A stretch of DNA of 64,000 nt from Faecalimonas sp. (GTDB lineage Bacteria > Bacillota > Clostridia > Lachnospirales > Lachnospiraceae), in the NCBI GenBank assembly GCA_045630205.1, contig JAZQSP010000009.1:3055-67054 (forward strand), read 5' to 3'. This document shows positions 10,056-19,600 of this stretch, one piece after another. The position numbers were made by a program, and so were the translations under genes. Numbering within the stretch: position 1 is the stretch's first letter; the number at the start of each line of letters is the position of its first letter. The notes beneath the pieces are model-generated. The model saw only the letters and a program-made list of their open reading frames with translations. It made no database searches and was not told where the DNA came from.

Positions 10056-10526
10056 ATTACGAACCTCCTTATTCTTGTTTTCTTTGCTTTCAACCATATA
10101 ACCACCGCCTTGAAATGATTATATCTCTACACATATTCTCTGCACAGACATTACTAATTACTAATGCACCATAAAGTCACCTCCTTGTTTTGATACAGGA
10201 GGATTCCATATTCAACAATTGGAAATCCTCCTCGTTTCACTACTTGAAATTAAAGCATTGGATTTCCTATGAAATGAATATAGAATGTTTAATATGACAT
10301 CTGTCATTTAGAATATCAGAAATATAATGCTTTGAATAGATTATAACACTGTAGTATAATTTACGCAAGAAAAGAATATACATCGCTTCTTAATAGTACG
10401 CGAACTTCCTCTCTGTCATCAGTTCCTGTCTGCACCTGTTTCAGTTCATACCATGTACTGGTCTTTTCCAGCAATGAGACCCACTGTTCCACAGAAGTTT
10501 TTGACAACAACTTAGGAATGATTTCT

Positions 10527-10958
10527 TTAACAATTCGCGTGATATGCCTCATCAGCCTCCCACACATCAAAGCCATTCTCTTTTAAAATCGCAACAACTT
10601 TTTCAGGGTTATCAGATTTTAAAATCGCGGATGCATCTGCTCCATTTGCAAATGCATACATATATTCTACGTTCACACCACCTGCCATCAGTTCATGCAT
10701 TGCCTTGCTAAGTGAACCTGTTGCATGTGGCACACGAAGTGCTACTACGTCTGTAAGCATGGAAGTGATACCTGCTTCTTTTAATACTGCTCTTCCTTTT
10801 TGCGGATCAGACACAATCATACGAAGCATGCCGTAATCTGCAGTATCTGCAAGACTTAAGGCTACAATATTCACATCGTTTGCTCCGAGTGTAGAGAGCA
10901 CTTCATCCAAACGTCCTTCTCTATTTTCCAAAAATACAGATAATTGTTTAATTGTCAT
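10527..10958 (-). CDS. ACT-domain protein (tandem ACT)
   Basis: IKQLSVFLENREGRL...VNVEYMYAF; usual partner of paaK/ior. Confidence 0.9.
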   Translation of the reverse strand: MTIKQLSVFLENREGRLDEVLSTLGANDVNIVALSLADTADYGMLRMIVSDPQKGRAVLKEAGITSMLTDVVALRVPHATGSLSKAMHELMAGGVNVEYMYAFANGADASAILKSDNPEKVVAILKENGFDVWEADEAYHANC

Positions 10959-10969
10959 GTCATTACCTC

Positions 10970-12283
10970 CTACAGATTTCGATTATCGATTACACGTTTT
11001 GCCTTTCCTTCGCTACGGGCGATTGTCTTAGGCTCAACTAATTTTACATGAACTGCGATTCCAAGTGCCTGTTTTAATACACCTGCAATCTTATTCTTAA
11101 GCCCCTCTAATTCACGGATTTCATCTGAGAAGTAACGCTCATCTACTTCTACCATAACGGTCAACTTATCCATGTTATTTTCACGGTCTACAATCATCAT
11201 GTAGTGAGGCGCAACCTCTCCGCCCATGCTGAGAAGCGCAGCTTCTACCTGTGTAGGGAATACATTCACTCCACGAATTACCTTCATATCGTCTGTACGA
11301 CCTTTGAATTTTGAAATTCGTGGCAGCGTTCTTCCACAGTCACAAGTGCTGTGGTCAATGCTTGTGAGGTCCTTAGTTCTATAACGAATAAGTGGCATTG
11401 CCTCTTTTGTCAATGTCGTAAATACAAGTTCACCGGTTTCGCCGTCTGCACATGCTTCGTTTGTAGCCGGATTTAAGATTTCCGGATAGAAATAATCTTC
11501 ATGAATATGAAGTCCCTTATGGTGAACACATTCCATAGCAACACCCGGTCCTAAAATTTCACAGAGTCCATAGATATCAAAGCACTTGATTCCAAGAATA
11601 CTTTCAATCTGCTCTCTCATTTCTACCGTCCATGGTTCTGCGCCAAGGATACCGGCTTTAATATTGATTTTATCTACTAATCCAGCATCGCGAAGTGATT
11701 CAGCCAGATAAAGAGCATATGAAGGCGTACATGCAATGGCTGTTGCACCAAAATCTTGCAAGCACATCATCTGTCTCTGTGTATTTCCCGAAGACATTGG
11801 AATTACCATTGCACCTAATTTTCTTGCACCAAAATCAATTCCAAGTCCACCTGTAAAAAGTCCATATCCATAGCAGGTATGTATGATATCCTCATCTGTA
11901 AGACCTGCCATTGTCATACAACGAGCCACGCACTCACCCCACAGTTCTGTATCTGCCTGTGTATAAGAAGCAAGTGTCAGTTTCCCTGTCGTTCCCGAAG
12001 ATCCCTGCACTCTGGCAACCTTTGATTTTGGAACTGCCAAAAGTCCAAACGGATAGTTGTCTCTAAGATCTTCTTTTGTTGTAAAAGGAAGCTTATGGAT
12101 ATCTTCAATTCCTTTGATATCCCCCGGTTCAATACCGAGTTCCATCATTTTCTTATTGTAGAAAGCAACGTTATGATAAACGTTAGCAACCTGTTTTACT
12201 AATCTCTCACTCTGCAGAGCAGTCATCTCATCTCTGCTCATACATTCTTTTTCTTTGTCAAAATAGCGTTCTGTCCATGCCAT
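10970..12283 (-). CDS. paaK: Phenylacetate--CoA ligase family
   Basis: SSGTTGK, YGYGLFTGG, GAEPW, YGLCE, RYRTKD, GRTDDM. Confidence 0.9.
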   Translation of the reverse strand: MAWTERYFDKEKECMSRDEMTALQSERLVKQVANVYHNVAFYNKKMMELGIEPGDIKGIEDIHKLPFTTKEDLRDNYPFGLLAVPKSKVARVQGSSGTTGKLTLASYTQADTELWGECVARCMTMAGLTDEDIIHTCYGYGLFTGGLGIDFGARKLGAMVIPMSSGNTQRQMMCLQDFGATAIACTPSYALYLAESLRDAGLVDKINIKAGILGAEPWTVEMREQIESILGIKCFDIYGLCEILGPGVAMECVHHKGLHIHEDYFYPEILNPATNEACADGETGELVFTTLTKEAMPLIRYRTKDLTSIDHSTCDCGRTLPRISKFKGRTDDMKVIRGVNVFPTQVEAALLSMGGEVAPHYMMIVDRENNMDKLTVMVEVDERYFSDEIRELEGLKNKIAGVLKQALGIAVHVKLVEPKTIARSEGKAKRVIDNRNL

Positions 12284-12301
12284 GACGCCTTCCCCCTTGT
12301 T

Positions 12302-12871
12302 TTACATGTTGTATCCGACTTCAAATGCTTGTTTGTTAATGTCTATTGTCTTTGGTGGTACAGTATTCTCAATTACCTCGTACCAAGTTTCTTTTGCAAA
12401 GTCCATATGCTGTGCTGCAATACCGAGTACAATCATGTTAAACACTCTGGAATTACCGAGTTTCTTTGCCTCTTCTGTAGCATTTACCGTATATACTTTA
12501 TGCTCTTTTGAAAGGTTCTCAATAATATTTTCCGGATACTGAGCCGCTCCGATTACGACCGGCATCGGGTCGATTCTCCAGTCATTGATAATAAGCGCTC
12601 CGTCTTCTTTTAAGAAATGTGAATAGCGAAGAGCCTCCAGTTTCTCAAATGCAATAATAACATCTGCCTGACCTTCTTCTACAATCGGTTCTGCCACCTT
12701 GTCACCATATCGCACAAATGTAACAACACTTCCACCGCGCTGTGCCATACCATGAACCTCTGAAAGTTTTACATCATAACCACCTGCAATGGCAAGTCCG
12801 CCTAAAATACGGCTGGTAAGAAGCGTTCCCTGACCGCCTACACCTACAATCATAATATTTTTCGTTGCCAT
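12302..12871 (-). CDS. iorB: Indolepyruvate ferredoxin oxidoreductase beta subunit
   Basis: GVGGQG, SEVHGMAQRGGSV. Confidence 0.92.
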   Translation of the reverse strand: MATKNIMIVGVGGQGTLLTSRILGGLAIAGGYDVKLSEVHGMAQRGGSVVTFVRYGDKVAEPIVEEGQADVIIAFEKLEALRYSHFLKEDGALIINDWRIDPMPVVIGAAQYPENIIENLSKEHKVYTVNATEEAKKLGNSRVFNMIVLGIAAQHMDFAKETWYEVIENTVPPKTIDINKQAFEVGYNM

Positions 12872-14622
12872 TACTTGTCACCTGCCTTCAAAAGTTCTAT
12901 TGCGTCAAATTTACATAATGTCTCACAGAGACCGCAACCTGTACACATCGTATCATCGATACGGATAGTTCCGTCCGCGTTCTTTGTCATCGCCGGACAT
13001 CCCGGTTTCATACACATACCACATTTCTTACATTTATCCGGATGTGCTATGTATACCGGTTTCTTTGATTTATCCAAAAGCACACAAGGAGTCTTTGTGA
13101 TAATGACAGACACTTCATCCTTTGCCACTTCTTCTTTGATTACTTTCTCTAAAGTCTTAATGTCAAACGCATTGACTTCCACCACATTCTTCACACCGAT
13201 TGCACGACAGAGATTTGGAATATCAATCGCATTTGTAGGTTCACCCATCAATGTCTTACCTGTTGCAGCATGGTCTTGATGTCCTGTCATACCGGTTGTC
13301 GAGTTGTCAAGAATCATAACCGTTCCCGTTGACTTGTTATATACCATGTTCATCAGGGAGTTCACACCTGTATGTAAGAATGTAGAGTCACCAATTGCTG
13401 CCACCCAGTTCTTGATGTACTCTTTTCCCTTTGCCTTTTCCATACCGTGAAGACTGGAAATACTTGCACCCATACAGATCACTGAATCCACAACGCTAAG
13501 TGGTGCAACTGCTCCAAGTGTATAACAGCCGATGTCACCTGCTACGTGTATTTTTAATTTATTCAGTACATAGTACACACTTCTGTGTGGACATCCAGGA
13601 CAGAGAATCGGTGGTCTTCCAGGTGCTGCTGCCGGAGCCTTTGTTCCGATATCTTCTTTTAAAATAGCCTTGCGAATCATATTAGCACTGTATTCACCTT
13701 GAACTGTAAAGAGTTCTTTTCCAACAGCTTTGATTCCCCAAGATTTTACCTGTTCTTCAATCACTGGATCTAATTCTTCAATAATGTAAAGAGTGTCTAC
13801 CTTTGAAGCAAACTCTGTGATTAACTTCTTTGGAAGTGGATTCACCATACCAAGCTTTAATACTGATGCATTTGGAAGTGCCTCTTTTACATACTGGTAT
13901 GGAATACCGCTTGTGATGACACCAATCTTCGTATCGTTCATTTCCACCGTGTTAATCGGAAGCGTATTGGCTGCCTCTGCAAGTTCCAGATTGCGTTTTT
14001 CAATCTCCACATGACGAAGCTTTGCATTGCCCGGCATCATAACAGTCTTTGCTATATTCTTCTCATATGGAACATCTTCTACTTCCTCACGGTCATAGAG
14101 TTCTACCAAGCCTTGTGAATGTGCAAGTCTCGTTGTGGTTCTTAAAATAACCGGTCTGTCAAACACTTCACTGATCTGGAAAGCCGCCTTCATATATTCT
14201 TTTGCTTCCATACTGTCAGATGGTTCCAATACAGGCACCTGCGCTGCTCTCGCAACCATACGGGTATCCTGCTCATTCTGTGAACTGTAAAGTCCCGGGT
14301 CATCTGCAACTACAAGTACCAATCCGCCATTTACTCCCATGTAAGATACCGTATAGAGTGGGTCGGATGCCACGTTAAGTCCAACGTGCTTCATACACGC
14401 CATGGCACGTACTCCTGAAATGCTTGCACCGATTGCAACCTCTGCTGCAACCTTCTCGTTTGGCGACCACTCTGAGTAAATATCGTCTTTATATTTAATA
14501 ATATTTTCACTAATCTCTGTGCTTGGTGTTCCCGGATATGCTGCAGATACTTTCACACCTGCTTCATATGCACCGCGGGCAATCGCTTCATTTCCAAGCA
14601 TGATTACTTTCTTATTCGACAT
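12871..14622 (-). CDS. iorA: Indolepyruvate ferredoxin oxidoreductase alpha subunit
   Basis: YPGTPSTE, CPGCPH, TPP motif GDSTF, C-terminal 2x[4Fe-4S] motifs. Confidence 0.93.
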   Translation of the reverse strand: MSNKKVIMLGNEAIARGAYEAGVKVSAAYPGTPSTEISENIIKYKDDIYSEWSPNEKVAAEVAIGASISGVRAMACMKHVGLNVASDPLYTVSYMGVNGGLVLVVADDPGLYSSQNEQDTRMVARAAQVPVLEPSDSMEAKEYMKAAFQISEVFDRPVILRTTTRLAHSQGLVELYDREEVEDVPYEKNIAKTVMMPGNAKLRHVEIEKRNLELAEAANTLPINTVEMNDTKIGVITSGIPYQYVKEALPNASVLKLGMVNPLPKKLITEFASKVDTLYIIEELDPVIEEQVKSWGIKAVGKELFTVQGEYSANMIRKAILKEDIGTKAPAAAPGRPPILCPGCPHRSVYYVLNKLKIHVAGDIGCYTLGAVAPLSVVDSVICMGASISSLHGMEKAKGKEYIKNWVAAIGDSTFLHTGVNSLMNMVYNKSTGTVMILDNSTTGMTGHQDHAATGKTLMGEPTNAIDIPNLCRAIGVKNVVEVNAFDIKTLEKVIKEEVAKDEVSVIITKTPCVLLDKSKKPVYIAHPDKCKKCGMCMKPGCPAMTKNADGTIRIDDTMCTGCGLCETLCKFDAIELLKAGDK

Positions 14623-14755
14623 CTTTTGTTCTTCCTTTCGAATCTTTCATTTTGAATTAATGTATCTATTATACCACAACACTTTGACGAGTTAAAGTAC
14701 TAAAATTATATTTTTTTATTATTGTAGATTTATTTGTTGTTTTGAGGTTCCTGAC

Positions 14756-15008
14756 TGGGTATACACATGGCATATTCACTATTTTATACCAAGAATTGGC
14801 CTTTACTTGCCTAATTTGGTCCGCTATTTGTAATGAGTTTCTATAGAATAGTATTTGTGGTGCTTAATACCCACGATTTTACATAAGTGTGGGTATTTTG
14901 GGGTGGCTTGAACCATTCTATAGAAAATGTAGTATTTAAAATACTCGTTTCACTTATTTTTTATCTGATTCTGGGTATAACGTGCTCATAAATTCATATC
15001 CATACCCA
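14756..15008. repeat. Symmetric 8-half-site TGGGTAT/ATACCCA array, copy 1
   Basis: Half-sites at 14756, 14786 (ATACCAA), 14838 (TTTCTAT), 14867, 14890, 14920 (ATAGAAA), 14972, 15002. Confidence 0.85.
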
Positions 15009-15022
15009 TTTTGCCTTTTTAT

Positions 15023-15059
15023 CGAATCAGTTAAAGCAAGCGAATCAGTTAAAAGCAAG
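15023..15059. repeat. Tandem 18/19-bp direct duplication
   Basis: cgaatcagttaaagcaag followed by cgaatcagttaaaagcaag. Confidence 0.8.
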
Positions 15060-15067
15060 CAAGCTTC

Positions 15068-15097
15068 AAAAAAAGCGGGCAACACACGTTGCCCGCC
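15068..15097 (-). terminator. Rho-independent terminator of polC
   Basis: gcgggcaac acac gttgcccgc stem; A7 on plus gives a U-tract on minus. Confidence 0.85.
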
Positions 15098-15121
15098 ACA
15101 CAATGAAGACATTGTAAATCT

Positions 15122-18100
15122 TTAAAAGTCAAACAATGATAACTGGTTTGATGTCGGCAGCTCTCCAAAGAGCCCCAAATCCGCCATGAAATCAATAACT
15201 GTCTTACTTACCTTCGTTCGCTGTCTAAAGTCATCTAATGACAAGTACGGTCCGTCTGCCGCAGCCATCTCAACCGCGTCTGCCGCCTTATCTCCCATGC
15301 CTTCAATCGTACTGAATGGAGGCAACAACTTCCCATCTACTATCTGGAACTTCGTCGCCTTCGACTTATAAAGGTCGATTGGCAGGAATTCATATCCTCT
15401 CGCATACATTTCTTGCACAAGACGCATATCTTTAAGTGTATCCTGTTCTTTGTTAGAAAGACTGTCACTGCGCTTTTTGTAATCACGAATATAGTACTCT
15501 AATTTGTCTTTGCCCTGACACATCAGTTCATAAGAAAATGCATTGGCACGAATACTAAAGTACGCCGCGTAGTAAGCCAACGGATAGTAAACCTTACAAT
15601 AAGCAATACGGTATGCCATCATAACATAAGCTGCCGCATGGGCCTTCGGGAACATGTACTTAATCTGCTCACAGGACCACACATACCAATCCGGTATGCC
15701 ATGAGCCAGCATGTCCTCTTTCCACTCCGGCCATTTGCCTGATTTGCCCTTCGCAACTTTACCCTTACGAACATCCTCCATAATTTTGAAGGATGTCTCA
15801 CTCTCCATTCCACTGTTAATAAGGAATGTCATGATATCATCACGGGTACAGATAGCGGTTGAAATCGTCGCTTTACCTTCTTGAATTAAAGTCTGCGCAT
15901 TGTTTAGCCATACATCGGTTCCGTGCGACAGACCGGAAATACGAATCAAGTCTGATAATGTCTTTGGCTTCGTGTCCACAACCATCTGGATAACGAAATC
16001 CGTTCCAAACTCCGGAATACCAAGACACCCTACCGGACAGCCTCCAATGTCGTCAGGAGTAATTCCTAATGAACTTGTATCTGCAAAAAGCTTCATAACT
16101 CCCTGGTCATCGAGCTTGATGTCCGTTGCTACAAATGGTTCTCCTGTAATCTCTGTCACCAATTCTTCCAACATCTTAATCATCGTCGGATCATCATGAC
16201 CGAGAATATCAAGCTTCAACAAGTTATGGTCGATGGAGTGATAGTCAAAATGCGTCGTGACAATATCGGTTGTCATATCATTTGCCGGATGCTGTACCGG
16301 TGTGAATGAGTTAATATCCTGTCCGATCGGAAGAACGATAATACCACCCGGATGTTGTCCGGTACTTCTTCGAATACCAACACATCCCTGAAGTAAACGC
16401 TCTATCTCACATTTTCGCTTTCCTTGATTTCTCTCTTCATAATAGTTCTTGACATAACCATAGGCCGTCTTATCCGCCAGAGTACCAATCGTTCCGGCGC
16501 GGAAGGTCTGTCCGTCACCAAAGATAACCTCTGTATATTTATGAGCATTACTCTGATAATCTCCCGAAAAGTTAAGGTCAATATCAGGCTCCTTATTTCC
16601 TTTAAATCCGAGAAAGGTTTCAAATGGAATATCGAAACCATCCTTTACAAGAGGCTCGCCACACACCGGACAGTTTTTATCCGGCATATCCCATCCACAG
16701 CCTCCGGCATATTTTCTGACTTCATCGGATTCAAAATCGCTGTAGTGACATTTTGCACAATAATAGTGCGGACTGAGCGGATTCACCTCGGTAATTCCGG
16801 CCATCGTTGCAACAAACGAAGAACCTACGGAACCACGAGAACCCACCAGGTACCCGTCCTCTACGGATTTCCACACTAGTTTCTGCGCGATAATATACAT
16901 CACGGCAAATCCGTTGGATATAATGGAATTGAGTTCCCTCTCCAGACGCTCCACTACGATTGGCGGCAACTCTTCGCCATACATACTGTGCGCTTTGTTG
17001 TAACAAATGTCTCGAAGCTGTTTGTCTGAATCCTCGATAACCGGCGGACATTTGTCCGGCCTTACCGGTGATATCTTTTCAATTTGCTCTGCAATCTTCA
17101 CTGTATTTGTAACAACCACTTCATATGCCTTCTGAGAGCCCAGATATGCGAACTCCTCTAACATCTCTTCTGTTGTTCGAAGGTATAGCGGTGCCTGGTT
17201 GTCTGCATCTGCAAAGCCTTGTCCCGCCATCACGATTCTGCGGTAGACTTCATCCTCCGGCTCCAAGAAATGCACATCGCAGGTTGCCACTACCGGCTTA
17301 TGGAATTCCTCGCCGAGTTTGACAATGCGGCGATTGATTTCCATCAAGTCCTCCTCCGAACGGATATGTTCAAAGCGGTCACTGTCTATCATAAAACGGT
17401 TGTTTCCAAGTGGCTGAATCTCCAGATAATCATAGAAATTCACAAGTCTTGCAATCGCCTCCTCCGGCTTATTGTCAATGATTGCGCTGTACAGTTCCCC
17501 TGCCTCACAGGCACTTCCGATAATAAGCCCTTCTCTATGACGCATAAATTCGCTCTTTGGAATTCTCGGTCTTCTCGAATAATAGGTTAAATGTGACAGT
17601 GAAATCAAACGATACAGATTCACACGTCCCACATCGTTTTTCGCCAAAATAATTGCATGATACGTTGGCATCTTCTTAATAGCATCCGCGTTCGTATCCC
17701 CAAATCGGTTCACATCTGCAAGCGTTGTAATGTCACGCTCTTTTAACATTTCCACAAATTTTACAAATATTTCTGCTGTTGCTCCCGCATCGTCTACTGC
17801 ACGGTGGTGATTCTCTAACGAAATGCCAAGTGCCTTTGCAACGATATTTAATTTATACTTTGCCAATGTCGGCAGCAACACTCTGGCAAGTGCCACTGTA
17901 TCCAGATAGGTATATTTATGAGGAAGTCCCAGATTCTTACAATTCTGTTCGATGAATCCCACATCAAAGCTTGCGTTATGTGCAACTAAAGCCGCATCTC
18001 CCACAAACTCCAAAAATTCAGGTAATATCACGTCTATTTTTGGGGCTTCCATTACCATTTCATCGGTAATACTTGTCAGATTGGTTATCTCAAATGGGAT

Positions 18101-19585
18101 TGGAATGCCCGGATTGACAAATGTGCTGTAAGAATCGACAATCTCCCCACCTTGCACCTTGACTGCTCCAATCTCAATGATGCGGTCCTCCACATTGCTA
18201 AATCCGGTAGTTTCTATGTCAAACACAACATAAGTATCATCCAGTGTCTGCGCCCCTGCGCGCACAGCAATATCTGTCAAATCATCCACAAGATATGCTT
18301 CCACACCGTAAATAACTTTAAACGGATCTTCCTTATCTATATCTTCTATATAATGGTTGGCATCCGGAAATGCCTGCACTACTCCATGGTCTGTGATTGC
18401 AATGGCAGGATGTCCCCAGTTATGTGCCTGCTTTACAATCGCCTTGGTATCTGACACACCATCCATATCACTCATCTTCGTGTGACAGTGTAATTCCACA
18501 CGTTTCTCCGGTGCAGTATCCTTTCGCTTCGTTATGAAACTTGGAATCTTTTTAACCCCTGCAACTGACGCAATTGTAAGCTCATGGTCAAACTTATCAA
18601 TAGTTGTTATTCCTTTGATTTTGAGGAACGCACCTGGGCGAATCTCACTCACAATATCAGGAAGCTGATCGTTTCGCACGAACATCTTCACCATAATCGT
18701 ATCCGTGAAGTCAGTCACTGCAAACATCACAATTGTCTTCTCATTTCGGATCTCTCGCGTATCAAAGCTAGTCACTTGTCCACGGAACGTAATCTCACCC
18801 ATTTCTCCCACGACATGACGAAGTTCCATTGGTTCATCTTCAAAATCACGTCCGTAGATGAGATTTGGATCGTCTGACTTTTTAGCTGCACGGTATGTAT
18901 CCTGCTTCTTCGTAAATGAAGCTGCTTTGGCCGCTTTTTCTTCTTTCGCAACCTTCTTTGCTTCACGCTCTGCTTCTTTTGCTTCCTTCATCTCATCCTG
19001 CTTCGCAGTATTCTGTTCCACAATCGCATTAACTTCCTGTTGCAGACGCAGTGCGTTGTGTTCCTGCATCTTGCTCTTCTTCGCTTCGTGGTAAATAGCA
19101 CGAATATCCACCGGAATGTTACAGCGTTCTTCAAACACTTCTTTAAGAAGTGCAAGAATCGATTCTGCTTTTCCTTCTGCAACAATGCTATCTTCAAATT
19201 CAATGTATAGAATCTTATCTTCTTCAAAACGGAATTTCGCATTGGCAAACATATTGTGTTCCACAACGCTTCTATTCTTCAGCTCCAACAAAACACTCTC
19301 ACGATACTCTCTCAAAAGATTTTCCGGTGTATATTGTCCGGAGAGTTGATACTGCTCCACAATTTGAATCCGAATCAGATTCAATGCAAAAAGCTGTTCT
19401 TTGATAGCTATTTCCATCGCACAGATATATCTTTTTTGAATCAAATGCATACTGAATAAATGGACATGCAAATAAGTCCTGTCTGAGTTGGTGGCAACCT
19501 TTGTCACTTCCACATCCTCAAACAAGGCTCGCATCTCCTGATTCACTTTCAATGTCGGAAATACATCAAAAAACTTTTTGTTCAT
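15122..19585 (-). CDS. polC: DNA polymerase III PolC-type
   Basis: PHP motifs ELHCHTKMS and TDHG; exonuclease DIETTG, HNASFD, HHRAVDDA; GSRGSVGSS; PDIDLNF; zinc finger. Confidence 0.97.
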   Translation of the reverse strand: MNKKFFDVFPTLKVNQEMRALFEDVEVTKVATNSDRTYLHVHLFSMHLIQKRYICAMEIAIKEQLFALNLIRIQIVEQYQLSGQYTPENLLREYRESVLLELKNRSVVEHNMFANAKFRFEEDKILYIEFEDSIVAEGKAESILALLKEVFEERCNIPVDIRAIYHEAKKSKMQEHNALRLQQEVNAIVEQNTAKQDEMKEAKEAEREAKKVAKEEKAAKAASFTKKQDTYRAAKKSDDPNLIYGRDFEDEPMELRHVVGEMGEITFRGQVTSFDTREIRNEKTIVMFAVTDFTDTIMVKMFVRNDQLPDIVSEIRPGAFLKIKGITTIDKFDHELTIASVAGVKKIPSFITKRKDTAPEKRVELHCHTKMSDMDGVSDTKAIVKQAHNWGHPAIAITDHGVVQAFPDANHYIEDIDKEDPFKVIYGVEAYLVDDLTDIAVRAGAQTLDDTYVVFDIETTGFSNVEDRIIEIGAVKVQGGEIVDSYSTFVNPGIPIPFEITNLTSITDEMVMEAPKIDVILPEFLEFVGDAALVAHNASFDVGFIEQNCKNLGLPHKYTYLDTVALARVLLPTLAKYKLNIVAKALGISLENHHRAVDDAGATAEIFVKFVEMLKERDITTLADVNRFGDTNADAIKKMPTYHAIILAKNDVGRVNLYRLISLSHLTYYSRRPRIPKSEFMRHREGLIIGSACEAGELYSAIIDNKPEEAIARLVNFYDYLEIQPLGNNRFMIDSDRFEHIRSEEDLMEINRRIVKLGEEFHKPVVATCDVHFLEPEDEVYRRIVMAGQGFADADNQAPLYLRTTEEMLEEFAYLGSQKAYEVVVTNTVKIAEQIEKISPVRPDKCPPVIEDSDKQLRDICYNKAHSMYGEELPPIVVERLERELNSIISNGFAVMYIIAQKLVWKSVEDGYLVGSRGSVGSSFVATMAGITEVNPLSPHYYCAKCHYSDFESDEVRKYAGGCGWDMPDKNCPVCGEPLVKDGFDIPFETFLGFKGNKEPDIDLNFSGDYQSNAHKYTEVIFGDGQTFRAGTIGTLADKTAYGYVKNYYEERNQGKRKCEIERLLQGCVGIRRSTGQHPGGIIVLPIGQDINSFTPVQHPANDMTTDIVTTHFDYHSIDHNLLKLDILGHDDPTMIKMLEELVTEITGEPFVATDIKLDDQGVMKLFADTSSLGITPDDIGGCPVGCLGIPEFGTDFVIQMVVDTKPKTLSDLIRISGLSHGTDVWLNNAQTLIQEGKATISTAICTRDDIMTFLINSGMESETSFKIMEDVRKGKVAKGKSGKWPEWKEDMLAHGIPDWYVWSCEQIKYMFPKAHAAAYVMMAYRIAYCKVYYPLAYYAAYFSIRANAFSYELMCQGKDKLEYYIRDYKKRSDSLSNKEQDTLKDMRLVQEMYARGYEFLPIDLYKSKATKFQIVDGKLLPPFSTIEGMGDKAADAVEMAAADGPYLSLDDFRQRTKVSKTVIDFMADLGLFGELPTSNQLSLFDF

Positions 19586-19600
19586 CTTCTATCCTCGTAT

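Noticed and set aside
10527-14622. iorAB-paaK-ACT operon as a novel pathway
   Set aside because: It is a known conserved cluster for aromatic 2-oxoacid metabolism in anaerobes
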